DNA of 64,000 nt from Mycobacteriales bacterium (GTDB lineage: Bacteria; Actinomycetota; Actinomycetes; JAFAQI01; DASSKL01): NCBI GenBank assembly GCA_035690485.1, contig DASSKL010000102.1:63-64062 (forward strand), given 5' to 3'. The translations under genes and the position numbers were made by a program. Position 1 is the first letter of the stretch, and every line of letters begins with the position of its first letter. Shown here one piece after another: positions 40,208-49,362 of the stretch. The notes beneath the pieces are model-generated. The model saw only the letters and a program-made list of their open reading frames with translations. It ran no database searches and was not told the DNA's origin.

Positions 40208-41367
40208 TGGCCCGCACGCTCGAGCCGCGGCCCTGCCCGACCGGGCCGGCGGTTCTCGACATCTGGTGGCAGCCGCTCGCGGCCGCGCTCGACGGCGGCG
40301 GGCCGGCGCTGCTGCCGGTGCCGGACGGGCCGGCAGCGGACGGCGTCCTCGCCATGGGGCGCGCCGGCGAGCCGATCGACGACGACGTCGCCCTGGTCGT
40401 GCCCACGTCCGGGTCGACCGGCGAACCGAAGGGCGCGCAGCTCACGACCGCGGCGCTGCGGCACTCCGCCGCGGCAACCCTCGAGCGGCTCGGCGGGCAG
40501 GGACAGTGGCTGCTCGCCCTGCCGGTGACCCACATCGCGGGCCAGCAGGTGCTGGTCCGCTCGCTGCTCGCGAACACCCCGCCGGTCTGCCTCGATCTGT
40601 CCTGCGGCTTCACGGCCGAGGGGTTCGCGGCGGCAACGGAGGCACTCACCGCCCAACGCCGCTACACCGCCCTGGTGCCCACCCAGCTGGCCCGCCTGCT
40701 CGACGACGCGCCGGCCGCGCTCACGTCGTACGACGCGGTGCTCGTCGGCGGTGCGGCCACTCCCCCGGCCCTGCTGGCGCGCGCCCGCGACGCCGGCGTC
40801 CGGGCGGTGACCACCTACGGGATGAGCGAGACCGCCGGCGGCTGCGTCTACGACGGGCTGCCGCTCGACGGCGTGCGGGTGCGCCTCGCCGGCGACGGGC
40901 GCATCCTGCTCGGCGGCCCGACGGTCTTCCGCGGCTACCGGCTGCGGCCGGACCTGACGGCCGCCGCGCTGGAGACCGCCGACGGGACGACCTGGCACGT
41001 GACCAACGACATCGGCCGGCTGGACGGGGGGCGGCTCGAGGTGCTCGGCCGCCGTGACGACGTCATCGTGACCGGCGGCGAGAAGGTGGCCCCGGTCCCG
41101 GTCGAGGCGGCGCTGTGCGCCCTGGCCGGCGTGCGCGCCGCGGCCGTCGTGGGCGTCGCGGACCGCGAGTGGGGGCAGCGCGTCGTCGCCGCGGTCGTCG
41201 CCGCCGACCCGAGCCGGCCGCCGACCCTCGACGCGGTGCGCGCCGGGCTGACCGCGCTGCCGCGTCACGCCCTGCCCCGCGAGGTCGTGGTCGTCGCCGC
41301 CCTGCCACTGCTGGCCTCCGGCAAGACCGACCGCGACGCCGTACGCCGTCTGGTGACCGGCGCGTGA
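40207..41367 (+). CDS. menE: o-Succinylbenzoate--CoA ligase
   Basis: Short adenylating enzyme with VVPTSGSTGEPKG. The GTG at 40207 shares one base with the menB TAG stop. Cluster context. Confidence 0.88.
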   Translation: MARTLEPRPCPTGPAVLDIWWQPLAAALDGGGPALLPVPDGPAADGVLAMGRAGEPIDDDVALVVPTSGSTGEPKGAQLTTAALRHSAAATLERLGGQGQWLLALPVTHIAGQQVLVRSLLANTPPVCLDLSCGFTAEGFAAATEALTAQRRYTALVPTQLARLLDDAPAALTSYDAVLVGGAATPPALLARARDAGVRAVTTYGMSETAGGCVYDGLPLDGVRVRLAGDGRILLGGPTVFRGYRLRPDLTAAALETADGTTWHVTNDIGRLDGGRLEVLGRRDDVIVTGGEKVAPVPVEAALCALAGVRAAAVVGVADREWGQRVVAAVVAADPSRPPTLDAVRAGLTALPRHALPREVVVVAALPLLASGKTDRDAVRRLVTGA

Positions 41368-42236
41368 CCGCCACCGCGCAGCAGTGGGTCGAGGGGGCCC
41401 GCCCACGCACGCTGCCGGCGGCGATCGCACCGGTGGCCGTGGGGACCGGCGCGGCGGTCGCCGTCGACGACGGCATCTGGTGGAAGGCGCTGCTCGCCCT
41501 CGTCGTCGCCCTCGCCCTCCAGGTCGGCGTCAACTACGCCAACGACTACAGCGACGGGGTCCGCGGCACCGACGCCACCCGCGTCGGGCCGTTCCGGCTC
41601 GTGGGATCGGGCGCAGCCTCGCCGGGCAGCGTGCGCGCCGCCGCGCTGGCGGCGTTCGCCGTCGGCGCCGCCGCGGGCCTCGTCCTGGCCGCGACGACCT
41701 CCTGGTGGCTGCTGCTGGTCGGCGCCGCCGCCCTGGTCGCCGCGTGGACCTACACGGGCGGACCACTGCCCTACGGCTACCGGGCGCTGGGAGAGGTCTT
41801 CGTCTTCCTGTTCTTCGGACTGGTCGCCGTGCTCGGCACGACCTACGTGCAGGCCGGCACGGTCACCTGGCCGGCCGCCGCCGGCGCGGTCGCGATCGGC
41901 GCGTGGGCCTGCGCGATCCTCGTCGCCAACAACCTGCGCGACATCCCCACCGACACTGCCACCGGCAAACGCACCCTCGCGGTCGTCCTCGGCGCTCGGC
42001 GCAGCCGGATCCTGTACGCCGCCCTCGTGACCCTCCCCGTGCTGGCCTGCCTCGCCGTGGCGCCGGCGCATCCGGTGACCCTGATCGCGCTCGCCACGGT
42101 TCCCGTCGCCGTCCGGCTGGCAAGGACCGTGCTGGGAGGCGCCTCAGGACGCGACCTCATCCCGGTCCTCGCCGGCACCGGCCGGGCCGAGCTCGTCTAC
42201 GCGGCGCTGTTCGCCGTCGGCCTCGCGGTGAGCTGA
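41364..42236 (+). CDS. menA: 1,4-dihydroxy-2-naphthoate polyprenyltransferase
   Basis: UbiA family: QVGVNYANDYSDGVRGTD (NxxxD), second Asp-rich motif NNLRDIPTD, 8-9 TM. GTGA overlap with menE. Confidence 0.9.
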   Translation: MTATAQQWVEGARPRTLPAAIAPVAVGTGAAVAVDDGIWWKALLALVVALALQVGVNYANDYSDGVRGTDATRVGPFRLVGSGAASPGSVRAAALAAFAVGAAAGLVLAATTSWWLLLVGAAALVAAWTYTGGPLPYGYRALGEVFVFLFFGLVAVLGTTYVQAGTVTWPAAAGAVAIGAWACAILVANNLRDIPTDTATGKRTLAVVLGARRSRILYAALVTLPVLACLAVAPAHPVTLIALATVPVAVRLARTVLGGASGRDLIPVLAGTGRAELVYAALFAVGLAVS

Positions 42237-42273
42237 ATCTAGAGTGGGCCCTCCCCCTGCGAAAGGAACCTCG

Positions 42274-42597
42274 ATGGCCGCAACGACCAAGGTCGCCGCG
42301 ATCGCCCAGCTCACCGCCGCCGACGGCAAGCGCGACGAGCTCGTCGCCGTGCTACGTGATCTCGTGAAGGCCGTCGGCGACGGCGAGCCCGACACGCTGG
42401 TCTACGCGATGCACACCGACGACGCTGACGAGACCACCGTCTGGTTCTACGAGCTCTACGCGTCCGCCGACGCGGCCGCGGCCCACAGCAAAGGGAGCGC
42501 GCTGCGCGAGATCGGCAGCCGGCTGGCTGGCCTGGTGGCCGGACCGCCGGTGGTGCACCGGCTGAGCCCGCAAGCCGCTCACGGCCTGAGCCTCTGA
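42274..42597 (+). CDS. Antibiotic-biosynthesis-monooxygenase (ABM) domain protein / putative quinol monooxygenase
   Basis: 107 aa ferredoxin-like pattern (VAAIAQLTA..GKRDELVAVL..LV......EPDTLVY.....DDADE..VWFYELYAS.DA..AH). ATG at 42274 with GAAAGGAA upstream. Confidence 0.7.
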   Translation: MAATTKVAAIAQLTAADGKRDELVAVLRDLVKAVGDGEPDTLVYAMHTDDADETTVWFYELYASADAAAAHSKGSALREIGSRLAGLVAGPPVVHRLSPQAAHGLSL

Positions 42598-42678
42598 CCG
42601 GATCCGGGTCGGTCGGCCCGTCGGCCGCCGAGGCCGCCTGAACGCCTCGCAATCTGCCGGCCACTAGAGTCGCGAGGC

Positions 42679-43389
42679 GTGACGACCGAGGACGACACCG
42701 AGCCGAAGGAGTACCGCCAGCACCGCTTCGCTCCCCCGCCGGGAGCGACCGACATCCTGCTGGTGCGCCACGGTGAGTCCGCCCCCGCGCGCGAGGACCG
42801 GCCGTTCGAGCTCGTCGACGGCCAGGGCGATCCCGAGCTCGCCCCGGAGGGTCGTGAGCAGGCGAGGCGGGTCGCCGAGCGGCTGTGCAACGAGCCGATC
42901 GACGCGGTCTACGTGACCTCGCTGCGGCGAACCCGCGAGACCGCCCAGCCGCTGCTCGACCGCCTCGGCATCGAGGCCACCGTGGAGCGGGAGTTCCGGG
43001 AGGTGCACCTCGGCGACTGGGAGAGCGGCATCTTCCGCAAGCACGTCTCCGAGGGGCACCCGATCGCCGTGCAGATGGGCCTGCAGGAGCGCTGGGACGT
43101 GATCCCCAACGCCGAGAAGTCCGAGGACTTCGCCGCCCGCGTCCGCGGCGCCGTGGAGAAGATCGCCGCCGCCCACCCGGACGGCCGGGTGGTGGTGTTC
43201 ACCCACGGCGGCGTCATCGGTCAGGTGCTGTCGCTGGCCAGCCGGTCGCGGCCGTTCGCGTTCCTCGGGGCCGACAACGCGTCGATCTCGCAGATCGTGG
43301 TCACCGGCGAGCGCTGGATCGTGCGGCGGTTCAACGACACCGCGCACCTCGGCCCGCTCTTCAGCGTCGAGCCCGACCCGCTCACCTAG
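42679..43389 (+). CDS. Histidine-phosphatase (phosphoglycerate-mutase-like) family protein
   Basis: ILLVRHGES (RHG) and the later FTHGGVI histidine. Confidence 0.88.
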   Translation: MTTEDDTEPKEYRQHRFAPPPGATDILLVRHGESAPAREDRPFELVDGQGDPELAPEGREQARRVAERLCNEPIDAVYVTSLRRTRETAQPLLDRLGIEATVEREFREVHLGDWESGIFRKHVSEGHPIAVQMGLQERWDVIPNAEKSEDFAARVRGAVEKIAAAHPDGRVVVFTHGGVIGQVLSLASRSRPFAFLGADNASISQIVVTGERWIVRRFNDTAHLGPLFSVEPDPLT

Positions 43390-44041
43390 CCGGGCCGGCA
43401 CCAGCCGGTTCCGTCAGGTCGATCCGCACCGCCCGGAAGCGACGCGGCATGTCGTCGAGGACGGCCCGGCGCGGCACGGGCACGTCGAGGTGCCACTGGC
43501 CGACCAGCGGGACCAGCGGGGCGAGCCGCCGGTCCTCGAGCACGGTGTCGAGGGCACGGCGGTCGCCGCCGACGACCACCGCGTCGAGGATGTCGGCAAC
43601 CGGCAGCAGGACGCGCGCGGCGGTGTCGGCCGCCGCGGCGAGGGCGACCCGCGCCTGGCCCTCGCGCCGGCGGGCGAACCGCTGCTGCGACTGGCCCCCT
43701 GCGGCCGAGCGCCCGTGCACCGGTCGCGCGCCGACCTTGGAGGCCGTCAGCGTCGCACCCTGGAAGACCCCCACGGCGTAGCCGCCGAGGCGCACGAGCA
43801 GCACTCCCACCCGACGTTCGGCCAGCGCGTGCGCGACGAGCCCGGCGTAGGCCGCCGTGCACTCCGCCAGCGGCGGGAACGGCACGTGCGCCGTGACGGC
43901 AGCACCGTCGGCGGCGCGCAGCTCGACCCGGTCGGCGTACGCCGTCACCGTGACCGGCCCGTGCCGCTCGGCGAAGCCGTCCAGCCAGCGTTCGAGCCGT
44001 TCCGGCGCCACCTCGAGGCGGCGGGTGAAAGATGGCAGCAT
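43382..44041 (-). CDS. Vms1/ANKZF1-like release-factor-fold protein (actinobacterial VLRF1, putative peptidyl-tRNA hydrolase)
   Basis: About 219 aa with ...VLLVRLGGYAVGVF...KVGARPVHGRSAAGGQSQQRFARRREGQ...VVGGDRRA..., the signature block of this family. The start could be the GTG near 44014. Confidence 0.6.
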   Translation of the reverse strand: MLPSFTRRLEVAPERLERWLDGFAERHGPVTVTAYADRVELRAADGAAVTAHVPFPPLAECTAAYAGLVAHALAERRVGVLLVRLGGYAVGVFQGATLTASKVGARPVHGRSAAGGQSQQRFARRREGQARVALAAAADTAARVLLPVADILDAVVVGGDRRALDTVLEDRRLAPLVPLVGQWHLDVPVPRRAVLDDMPRRFRAVRIDLTEPAGAGPAR

Positions 44042-44909
44042 GGCGAACGACAGCGTGGCAGGGCAAATCCAGGAGATCTGGCGCTACCCGGTGAAGAGCA
44101 TGCGGGGCGAGCGCATGGACGCCGCGCACCTGACCGCCACCGGGCTGCTCGGCGACCGCGGGTGGGCCACTCGCGACGAGCGGCGGGGCGGCATCCGTGG
44201 CGCGAAGAAGATCCGCGACCTGATGCTGTGCGCCGCGACCTACGTCGCCGAGCCGACGCCCGACAGCCCGACCCCGCACGTGGTCATGACGCTGCCCGAC
44301 GGATCCGCGGTGCGCAGCGACGACTCCGACGCGGCGACGCGGTTGAGCCGGGCGATCAACCACCCCGTCACGCTGTGGCCGTTGCAGCCGGCGGATGACC
44401 TCGACCACTACCGCCGCGGCCCGGCCGACCACGAGGACGTGGTCGAGGAGCTGCGGGACATCTTCGGGCGCGGCGAGGACGAGCCGCTGCCCGACCTGTC
44501 GGGGTTGCCACCGGTGATCTTCGAGTTCGAGTCGCCGCCCGGGACCTACTACGACGCCTACCCGGTGCACATCGTCACGACGGCCACGCTGCGCACGCTC
44601 GGCCGGCTCGGGGAGCGCGATGCGCCCGACGTACGCCGGTTCCGGCCGACCATCCTCGTCGACACGCCCGACGCCGACGGCTTCCCCGAGCGCGACTGGA
44701 TCGGCTCGACCGTCCGGGTGGGCGAGGTCGAGATCGAGGTGGTCACCGACTGCCCACGCTGCTCGATGGTGCAGCTGCCGCAGCAGGGGCTGCCCGCCGA
44801 CAAGCCGCTGCTGCGCACGGTCGTGCGCGACGCCAACCAGAACGTCGGCGTCTACTGCAACGTGCGCACGCCCGGCCGGATCAGCGTGGGCGACTCCCTC
44901 ACCCGGTAG
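44040..44909 (+). CDS. MOSC-domain protein
   Basis: N-terminal beta-barrel start IQEIWRYPVKSMRGE and C-terminal MOSC Cys (VVTDCPRCSMV). The start could be the GTG at 44055. Confidence 0.85.
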   Translation: MANDSVAGQIQEIWRYPVKSMRGERMDAAHLTATGLLGDRGWATRDERRGGIRGAKKIRDLMLCAATYVAEPTPDSPTPHVVMTLPDGSAVRSDDSDAATRLSRAINHPVTLWPLQPADDLDHYRRGPADHEDVVEELRDIFGRGEDEPLPDLSGLPPVIFEFESPPGTYYDAYPVHIVTTATLRTLGRLGERDAPDVRRFRPTILVDTPDADGFPERDWIGSTVRVGEVEIEVVTDCPRCSMVQLPQQGLPADKPLLRTVVRDANQNVGVYCNVRTPGRISVGDSLTR

Positions 44910-45021
44910 GGCGAATCCCCTCGCCGTCCGAGGCATCGGGGCGGCAAATCGCCGCAGGATGCTGTCTATTCGCGCCCGGACGTTGTAGAACGACGTTCGG
45001 AACGGCCGAGGGGAGCGCCGC

Positions 45022-46533
45022 ATGACCGCAGTGGTGGAGACGAGGGACGGTCGCGTCCGGGGCGAGGAGGTCGACGGCCTGCGCCGGTTCCTCGGCATCC
45101 CGTTCGCGGCGACGACCGCCGGCGCCGGGCGCTGGCGGGCCCCCGCGCCCGCACAACCGTGGACCGGCGAGCGCGACGCGACGGCGTTCGGGCCCGTCGC
45201 GCCGCAGCCCGACGGCATGCTCGCGCTGCTCCCGGTCGGCGCGGTCCAGGACGAGGACTGCCTGACGCTCAACGTCTGGACCCCCGGCGTGGCAGGCCGG
45301 CGGCCGGTGATGGTCTGGGTGCACGGCGGCGCGTTCCGGCAAGGAGCGGCGCGCAGCGCGATGTACGACGGTGCCGCGCTGGCTCGCCGCGGCGACGTCG
45401 TCGTCGTCTCGCTCAACTACCGGCTCGGCGCCCTCGGCTTCCTGGCCCACCCCGACCTGCGCGACGGCGACGGCGGGCCCGCCGGCAACTGGGGCATGCT
45501 CGACCAGGTCGCGGCCCTGCAGTGGGTGCGCGACAACATCGCGGCGTTCGGTGGCGACCCGGGCAACGTGACGGTCTTCGGCGAGTCGGCGGGCTCGATG
45601 GCGATCGGCTGCCTGCTCGCGTCACCGTCGACGAAGGGCCTCCTCCACAAGGCGATCCTGCAGTCCGGCGCCCCGTCCGCGCTCGCCCTCGACCAGGCCG
45701 CGGAGATCGCCGAGCGGCTCGCCAAGGCGGCCGGCGTCACGTCGGTGGCCGAGCTGCGCGACGTGCCGGTTCCGGCGATCCTCGCCGCCCAGCAGCAGAT
45801 CGACGCCGAGGACGCCGCCCTTCGGCTGATCCCGTCGGTCGACGGCCACTTCCTCGACCGGGCACCCCTGGCCGCCCTCGCCTCCGGCGCGGCCGCGCAC
45901 GTACCGACCGTGATCGGCACCAACCGCGAGGAGTGGAAGCTGTGGGCGCCGGCCGACCCGCGCTCGCGCGACCTCGACGACGCCGGCCTGCGCCGGCGGC
46001 TGAGCCGGGTCTACGACGCGACCGACGCCGAGATCGACGCGCTGGTCGAGGAGTTCACCCGGGCCCGCGCCGCCACCGGCCAGGCCATCGCGCCCAACGA
46101 CCTGTGGTTCGCACTCGAGACCGAGCGCGTCTTCCGGGCGCCGGCGATGCGCACCGCCGAGACCCTGGCCGCCCACCAGCCCGCGACCTTCGCCTACCTC
46201 TTCACCTACGGTTCGCCGGCGATGCACGGCTGGCTCGGCGCCTGCCACGCACTCGAGATCGCCTTCGTGTTCGGCACGCAGGGTCAGGCCGAGACCGCGC
46301 TGTTCACCGGCAGCGGGCCGGAGGCCGACCGGCTGTCGGAGTGGCTGATGGACTCCTGGCTCGCCTTCGCCCGCACCGGCGACCCGTCGACCGAGGCGCT
46401 CGGGAGATGGCCCGGCTATGACGCCCGGCGCCGCCCCACCCTGGTCATCGGCACCGAGCACGCGATCGTCGACGCGCCCTACGACGACGAGCGGGGCACC
46501 GTGGCCGCCCTGCTCTACCGGGACGACGCGTGA
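45022..46533 (+). CDS. Type-B carboxylesterase/lipase
   Basis: VWVHGGAF, nucleophile elbow FGESAGS, about 500 aa. Confidence 0.92.
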   Translation: MTAVVETRDGRVRGEEVDGLRRFLGIPFAATTAGAGRWRAPAPAQPWTGERDATAFGPVAPQPDGMLALLPVGAVQDEDCLTLNVWTPGVAGRRPVMVWVHGGAFRQGAARSAMYDGAALARRGDVVVVSLNYRLGALGFLAHPDLRDGDGGPAGNWGMLDQVAALQWVRDNIAAFGGDPGNVTVFGESAGSMAIGCLLASPSTKGLLHKAILQSGAPSALALDQAAEIAERLAKAAGVTSVAELRDVPVPAILAAQQQIDAEDAALRLIPSVDGHFLDRAPLAALASGAAAHVPTVIGTNREEWKLWAPADPRSRDLDDAGLRRRLSRVYDATDAEIDALVEEFTRARAATGQAIAPNDLWFALETERVFRAPAMRTAETLAAHQPATFAYLFTYGSPAMHGWLGACHALEIAFVFGTQGQAETALFTGSGPEADRLSEWLMDSWLAFARTGDPSTEALGRWPGYDARRRPTLVIGTEHAIVDAPYDDERGTVAALLYRDDA

Positions 46534-48104
46534 CCGCCGTCGAGAGCCGCACCCCGGAGCAGGTCCGGGCGGCGGCGGGCGTCGGCATGACGCTCGCCCT
46601 GCACGCGAGCGCCGACCCGGACCACCCGGCGCTTCTCACCCCGCACGGCGACCGGACGTTCGGCGAGCTCAACGCCAACGTCAACCGGCTCGTCCGCTAC
46701 CTGCGCGGCCAGGGCCTGCAGGCCGGCGACGCGCTGGCGCTCGTCTGCAGCAACCGGCCGGAGTTCGCCGAGGTCTACTACGCGTGCCTGCGCGCCGGGC
46801 TGCGCATCACGCCGGTCAACTGGCACCTCACCGGCGAGGAGATGGGCTACATCGTCGACGACTGCGAGGCCAAGGCCGTCGTCGCCGACGTGCTCTTCGC
46901 CGCCGCCGTCCGCGAGGCCGTCGCCGCCGCCCCGCACGTCAGGGTCAAGCTCGCGGTGGCCGGACCGATCGACGGCTTCACGGCCTACGACGACGCGTTG
47001 GCCGGCCAGTCCGCCGACGACATCGACGACCCGGTCCTCGGCAAGGGGATGCTCTACACCTCGGGGACGACCGGGCGGCCCAAGGGAGTCGACCGGCCGC
47101 CGGTCACCGGGCGTCCCGACCCAGGCGCGATCACGATCGCGGTCGCCGCCGCGGCCCGCCAGGACCCCGCGACCGACGTGCACCTGTGCACCGGGCCGCT
47201 CTACCACGCCGCGCCGCTCGCCTTCTCCCTCGCGGGTCCCCTCGGGGCGGGGGTCACGACCGTCGTGATGGACGGGTGGGACCCGGAGGAGATGCTGCGG
47301 CTCGTCGACGCGCACCGAGTGAGCCACACCCACGTCGTGCCCACGATGTTCCACCGGCTGCTCGCGCTACCCGACGACGTCAAGGCGCGCTACGACGTCT
47401 CGTCGCTTCGCTTCGTCGTGCACGGCGCCGCGCCGTGCCCGGTCGAGGTGAAGAAGGGGATCATCGAGTGGTTCGGGCCGGTGGTGTTCGAGTACTACGC
47501 GGCAACCGAGGGCGGCGGCACGTTCGTCGGCTCCGAGGAGTGGCTGGCCCGGCCGGGCACCGTCGGCAAGCCGCTGGTCGACGATCTGATCCGCATCCTC
47601 GACGACGAGGGCAACCTGCTGGCCGCCGGCGAGGTGGGCACGGTCTACATGCGCGCGTCGCAGAACGGCCGCTTCCGCTACTTCAAGGACGAGGCGAAGA
47701 CCGAGGGCAGCTACCGGGGTGACTACTTCACCCTCGGCGACCACGGCTACCTCGACGACGAGGGCTGGCTGTTCCTGACCGGTCGCATCGCGGAGCTGAT
47801 CATCTCCGGCGGGGTCAACATCTACCCGGCCGAGGTCGACGCGGTGCTGCTCGAGCACCCGGCCGTCGGCGACGCCGGCACCATCGGCGTGCCCAACGTC
47901 GAGTGGGGCGAGGAGGTCAAGGCGGTCGTCGAGCTGCGCGCCGGCCACCAGCCCTCCGAGGCGCTGGCCGCCGAGCTCATGCAGTGGTGCCGCGACCGGC
48001 TGGCCCACTACAAGTGCCCGCGCAGCGTCGACTTCGTCGCCGAGCTGCCGCGCCACGACAACGGCAAGCTCTACCGCCGCAAGCTGCGGGAGATGTACGC
48101 CTAG
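46530..48104 (+). CDS. Acyl-CoA synthetase (FadD-like)
   Basis: MLYTSGTTGRPKG, GDHGYLDDEGWLFLTGR, C-terminal ...NGKLYRRKLR. GTGA overlap with the esterase gene. Confidence 0.9.
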   Translation: MTAVESRTPEQVRAAAGVGMTLALHASADPDHPALLTPHGDRTFGELNANVNRLVRYLRGQGLQAGDALALVCSNRPEFAEVYYACLRAGLRITPVNWHLTGEEMGYIVDDCEAKAVVADVLFAAAVREAVAAAPHVRVKLAVAGPIDGFTAYDDALAGQSADDIDDPVLGKGMLYTSGTTGRPKGVDRPPVTGRPDPGAITIAVAAAARQDPATDVHLCTGPLYHAAPLAFSLAGPLGAGVTTVVMDGWDPEEMLRLVDAHRVSHTHVVPTMFHRLLALPDDVKARYDVSSLRFVVHGAAPCPVEVKKGIIEWFGPVVFEYYAATEGGGTFVGSEEWLARPGTVGKPLVDDLIRILDDEGNLLAAGEVGTVYMRASQNGRFRYFKDEAKTEGSYRGDYFTLGDHGYLDDEGWLFLTGRIAELIISGGVNIYPAEVDAVLLEHPAVGDAGTIGVPNVEWGEEVKAVVELRAGHQPSEALAAELMQWCRDRLAHYKCPRSVDFVAELPRHDNGKLYRRKLREMYA

Positions 48105-49339
48105 CTGCCCCAGTCGGGCCGCAGCGGCATGCCGGAGGCCGCGTCGGGCCCGAGCTTGACTCCGAGCACCTGGTGCAGCTGGATCCGGTCGGTCTCGAAC
48201 CCCAGCCGCGACGCGGCGAGGTAGAGCCGCCACACGCGCGACTTGCCGATGCCGACCTCCTCGACGGCCTCGTCCCAGTGGCCGTCGAGGTTGGCCGACC
48301 AGGCGGTGAGGGTCTTCGCGTAGTGCTCGCGGAGGTTCTCCTCGTGGCGGATCTCGAAGCCGTGGTTCTGCATCACCGAGACGATGTGGCCGAGACCGAG
48401 CAGCTCTCCGTCGGGGAACACGTAGCGATGGATGAAGCCACGCCGCTTGATGACCGACTCGGTGGTCGTCGGCCGCATGATGCAGTGGTTGAGCAGCCGG
48501 CCCTGCGGGCGCAGCTTCGACTGCAGGAACGAGAAGTAGGCCGGCAGCTGGGCCTTGCCGATGTGCTCGGTCAGCCCGATCGACGAGACGGCGTCGAAAC
48601 CGTCCTCGCGTACGTCGCGGTAGTCCATGTGCCGCACCTCGGCCAGGTCGGACAGGCCGGCCTCGGCGATGGCCTTCTGCGCCCACTCGGCCTGCTGCCG
48701 CGACAAGGTGACGCCGATCGCCTGCACGCCGTAGTGCCGGGCCGCATGCATGACCATGCCGCCCCAGCCGCAGCCGACGTCGAGCAGCCGCATGCCGGGC
48801 TGCAGCCCTAGCTTGCGGGCCACCAGGTCGTGCTTCTCGTACTGCGCCTCCTCGAGGCTCGCGTCGGCGCGCGGGAAGACCGCGCAGGTGTAGGCCATCG
48901 AGGGCCCGAGCAGCCACTCGTAGAACGTGTTCGACACGTCGTAGTGGTGAGAGATCGCCTGCGCGTCGCGGCCCTTGGAATGCCGCCGGCCGCGCAGCCG
49001 CACCTCCTGCGCCGGCTTGGGCGGCCGTCGTAGCGCAGCCGGGCCGAGGGTTCGGGCGATCTCGGCGCGGTCGGCCCACGACAGCGCGGTCACCGACGGC
49101 TGCGAGAGCCGGGTGAGCGCGGCGTACATCTCCCCGTCGACGTCGATCTCGCCGGCGATGTAGGCACGCGCGAGACCGAGCTCACCGGGTGACGAGACGA
49201 GGTAGGACACGGCACGTGGCGAGCGGATCGCCACGTGGATGTCGGCGTCGACAGGCCCGGCCGTGCTGCCGTCGTACGCCGTGAAGCGCACGCCGTCCTG
49301 ACCGGCGACGACATGGTGGAACGCCTCCGCGATCTGCAC
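48101..49339 (-). CDS. Cyclopropane-fatty-acyl-phospholipid-synthase-family SAM methyltransferase (BfaB/TmsB-like)
   Basis: CMAS-family layout with SAM motif LLDVGCGWGG. Immediately downstream of the FAD oxidoreductase (23-nt gap). Confidence 0.85.
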   Translation of the reverse strand: MQIAEAFHHVVAGQDGVRFTAYDGSTAGPVDADIHVAIRSPRAVSYLVSSPGELGLARAYIAGEIDVDGEMYAALTRLSQPSVTALSWADRAEIARTLGPAALRRPPKPAQEVRLRGRRHSKGRDAQAISHHYDVSNTFYEWLLGPSMAYTCAVFPRADASLEEAQYEKHDLVARKLGLQPGMRLLDVGCGWGGMVMHAARHYGVQAIGVTLSRQQAEWAQKAIAEAGLSDLAEVRHMDYRDVREDGFDAVSSIGLTEHIGKAQLPAYFSFLQSKLRPQGRLLNHCIMRPTTTESVIKRRGFIHRYVFPDGELLGLGHIVSVMQNHGFEIRHEENLREHYAKTLTAWSANLDGHWDEAVEEVGIGKSRVWRLYLAASRLGFETDRIQLHQVLGVKLGPDAASGMPLRPDWGS

Positions 49340-49362
49340 GGGTCTTCACCTTCCTGCGGGGG

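Noticed and set aside
44910-45021. Small palindromes (GAACG-A-CGTTC, GGCGA…TCGCC) upstream of the carboxylesterase gene, considered as a possible operator or terminator.
   Set aside because: The stems are only 4-5 bp, no adjacent regulator is present, and such matches are expected by chance in GC-rich DNA.
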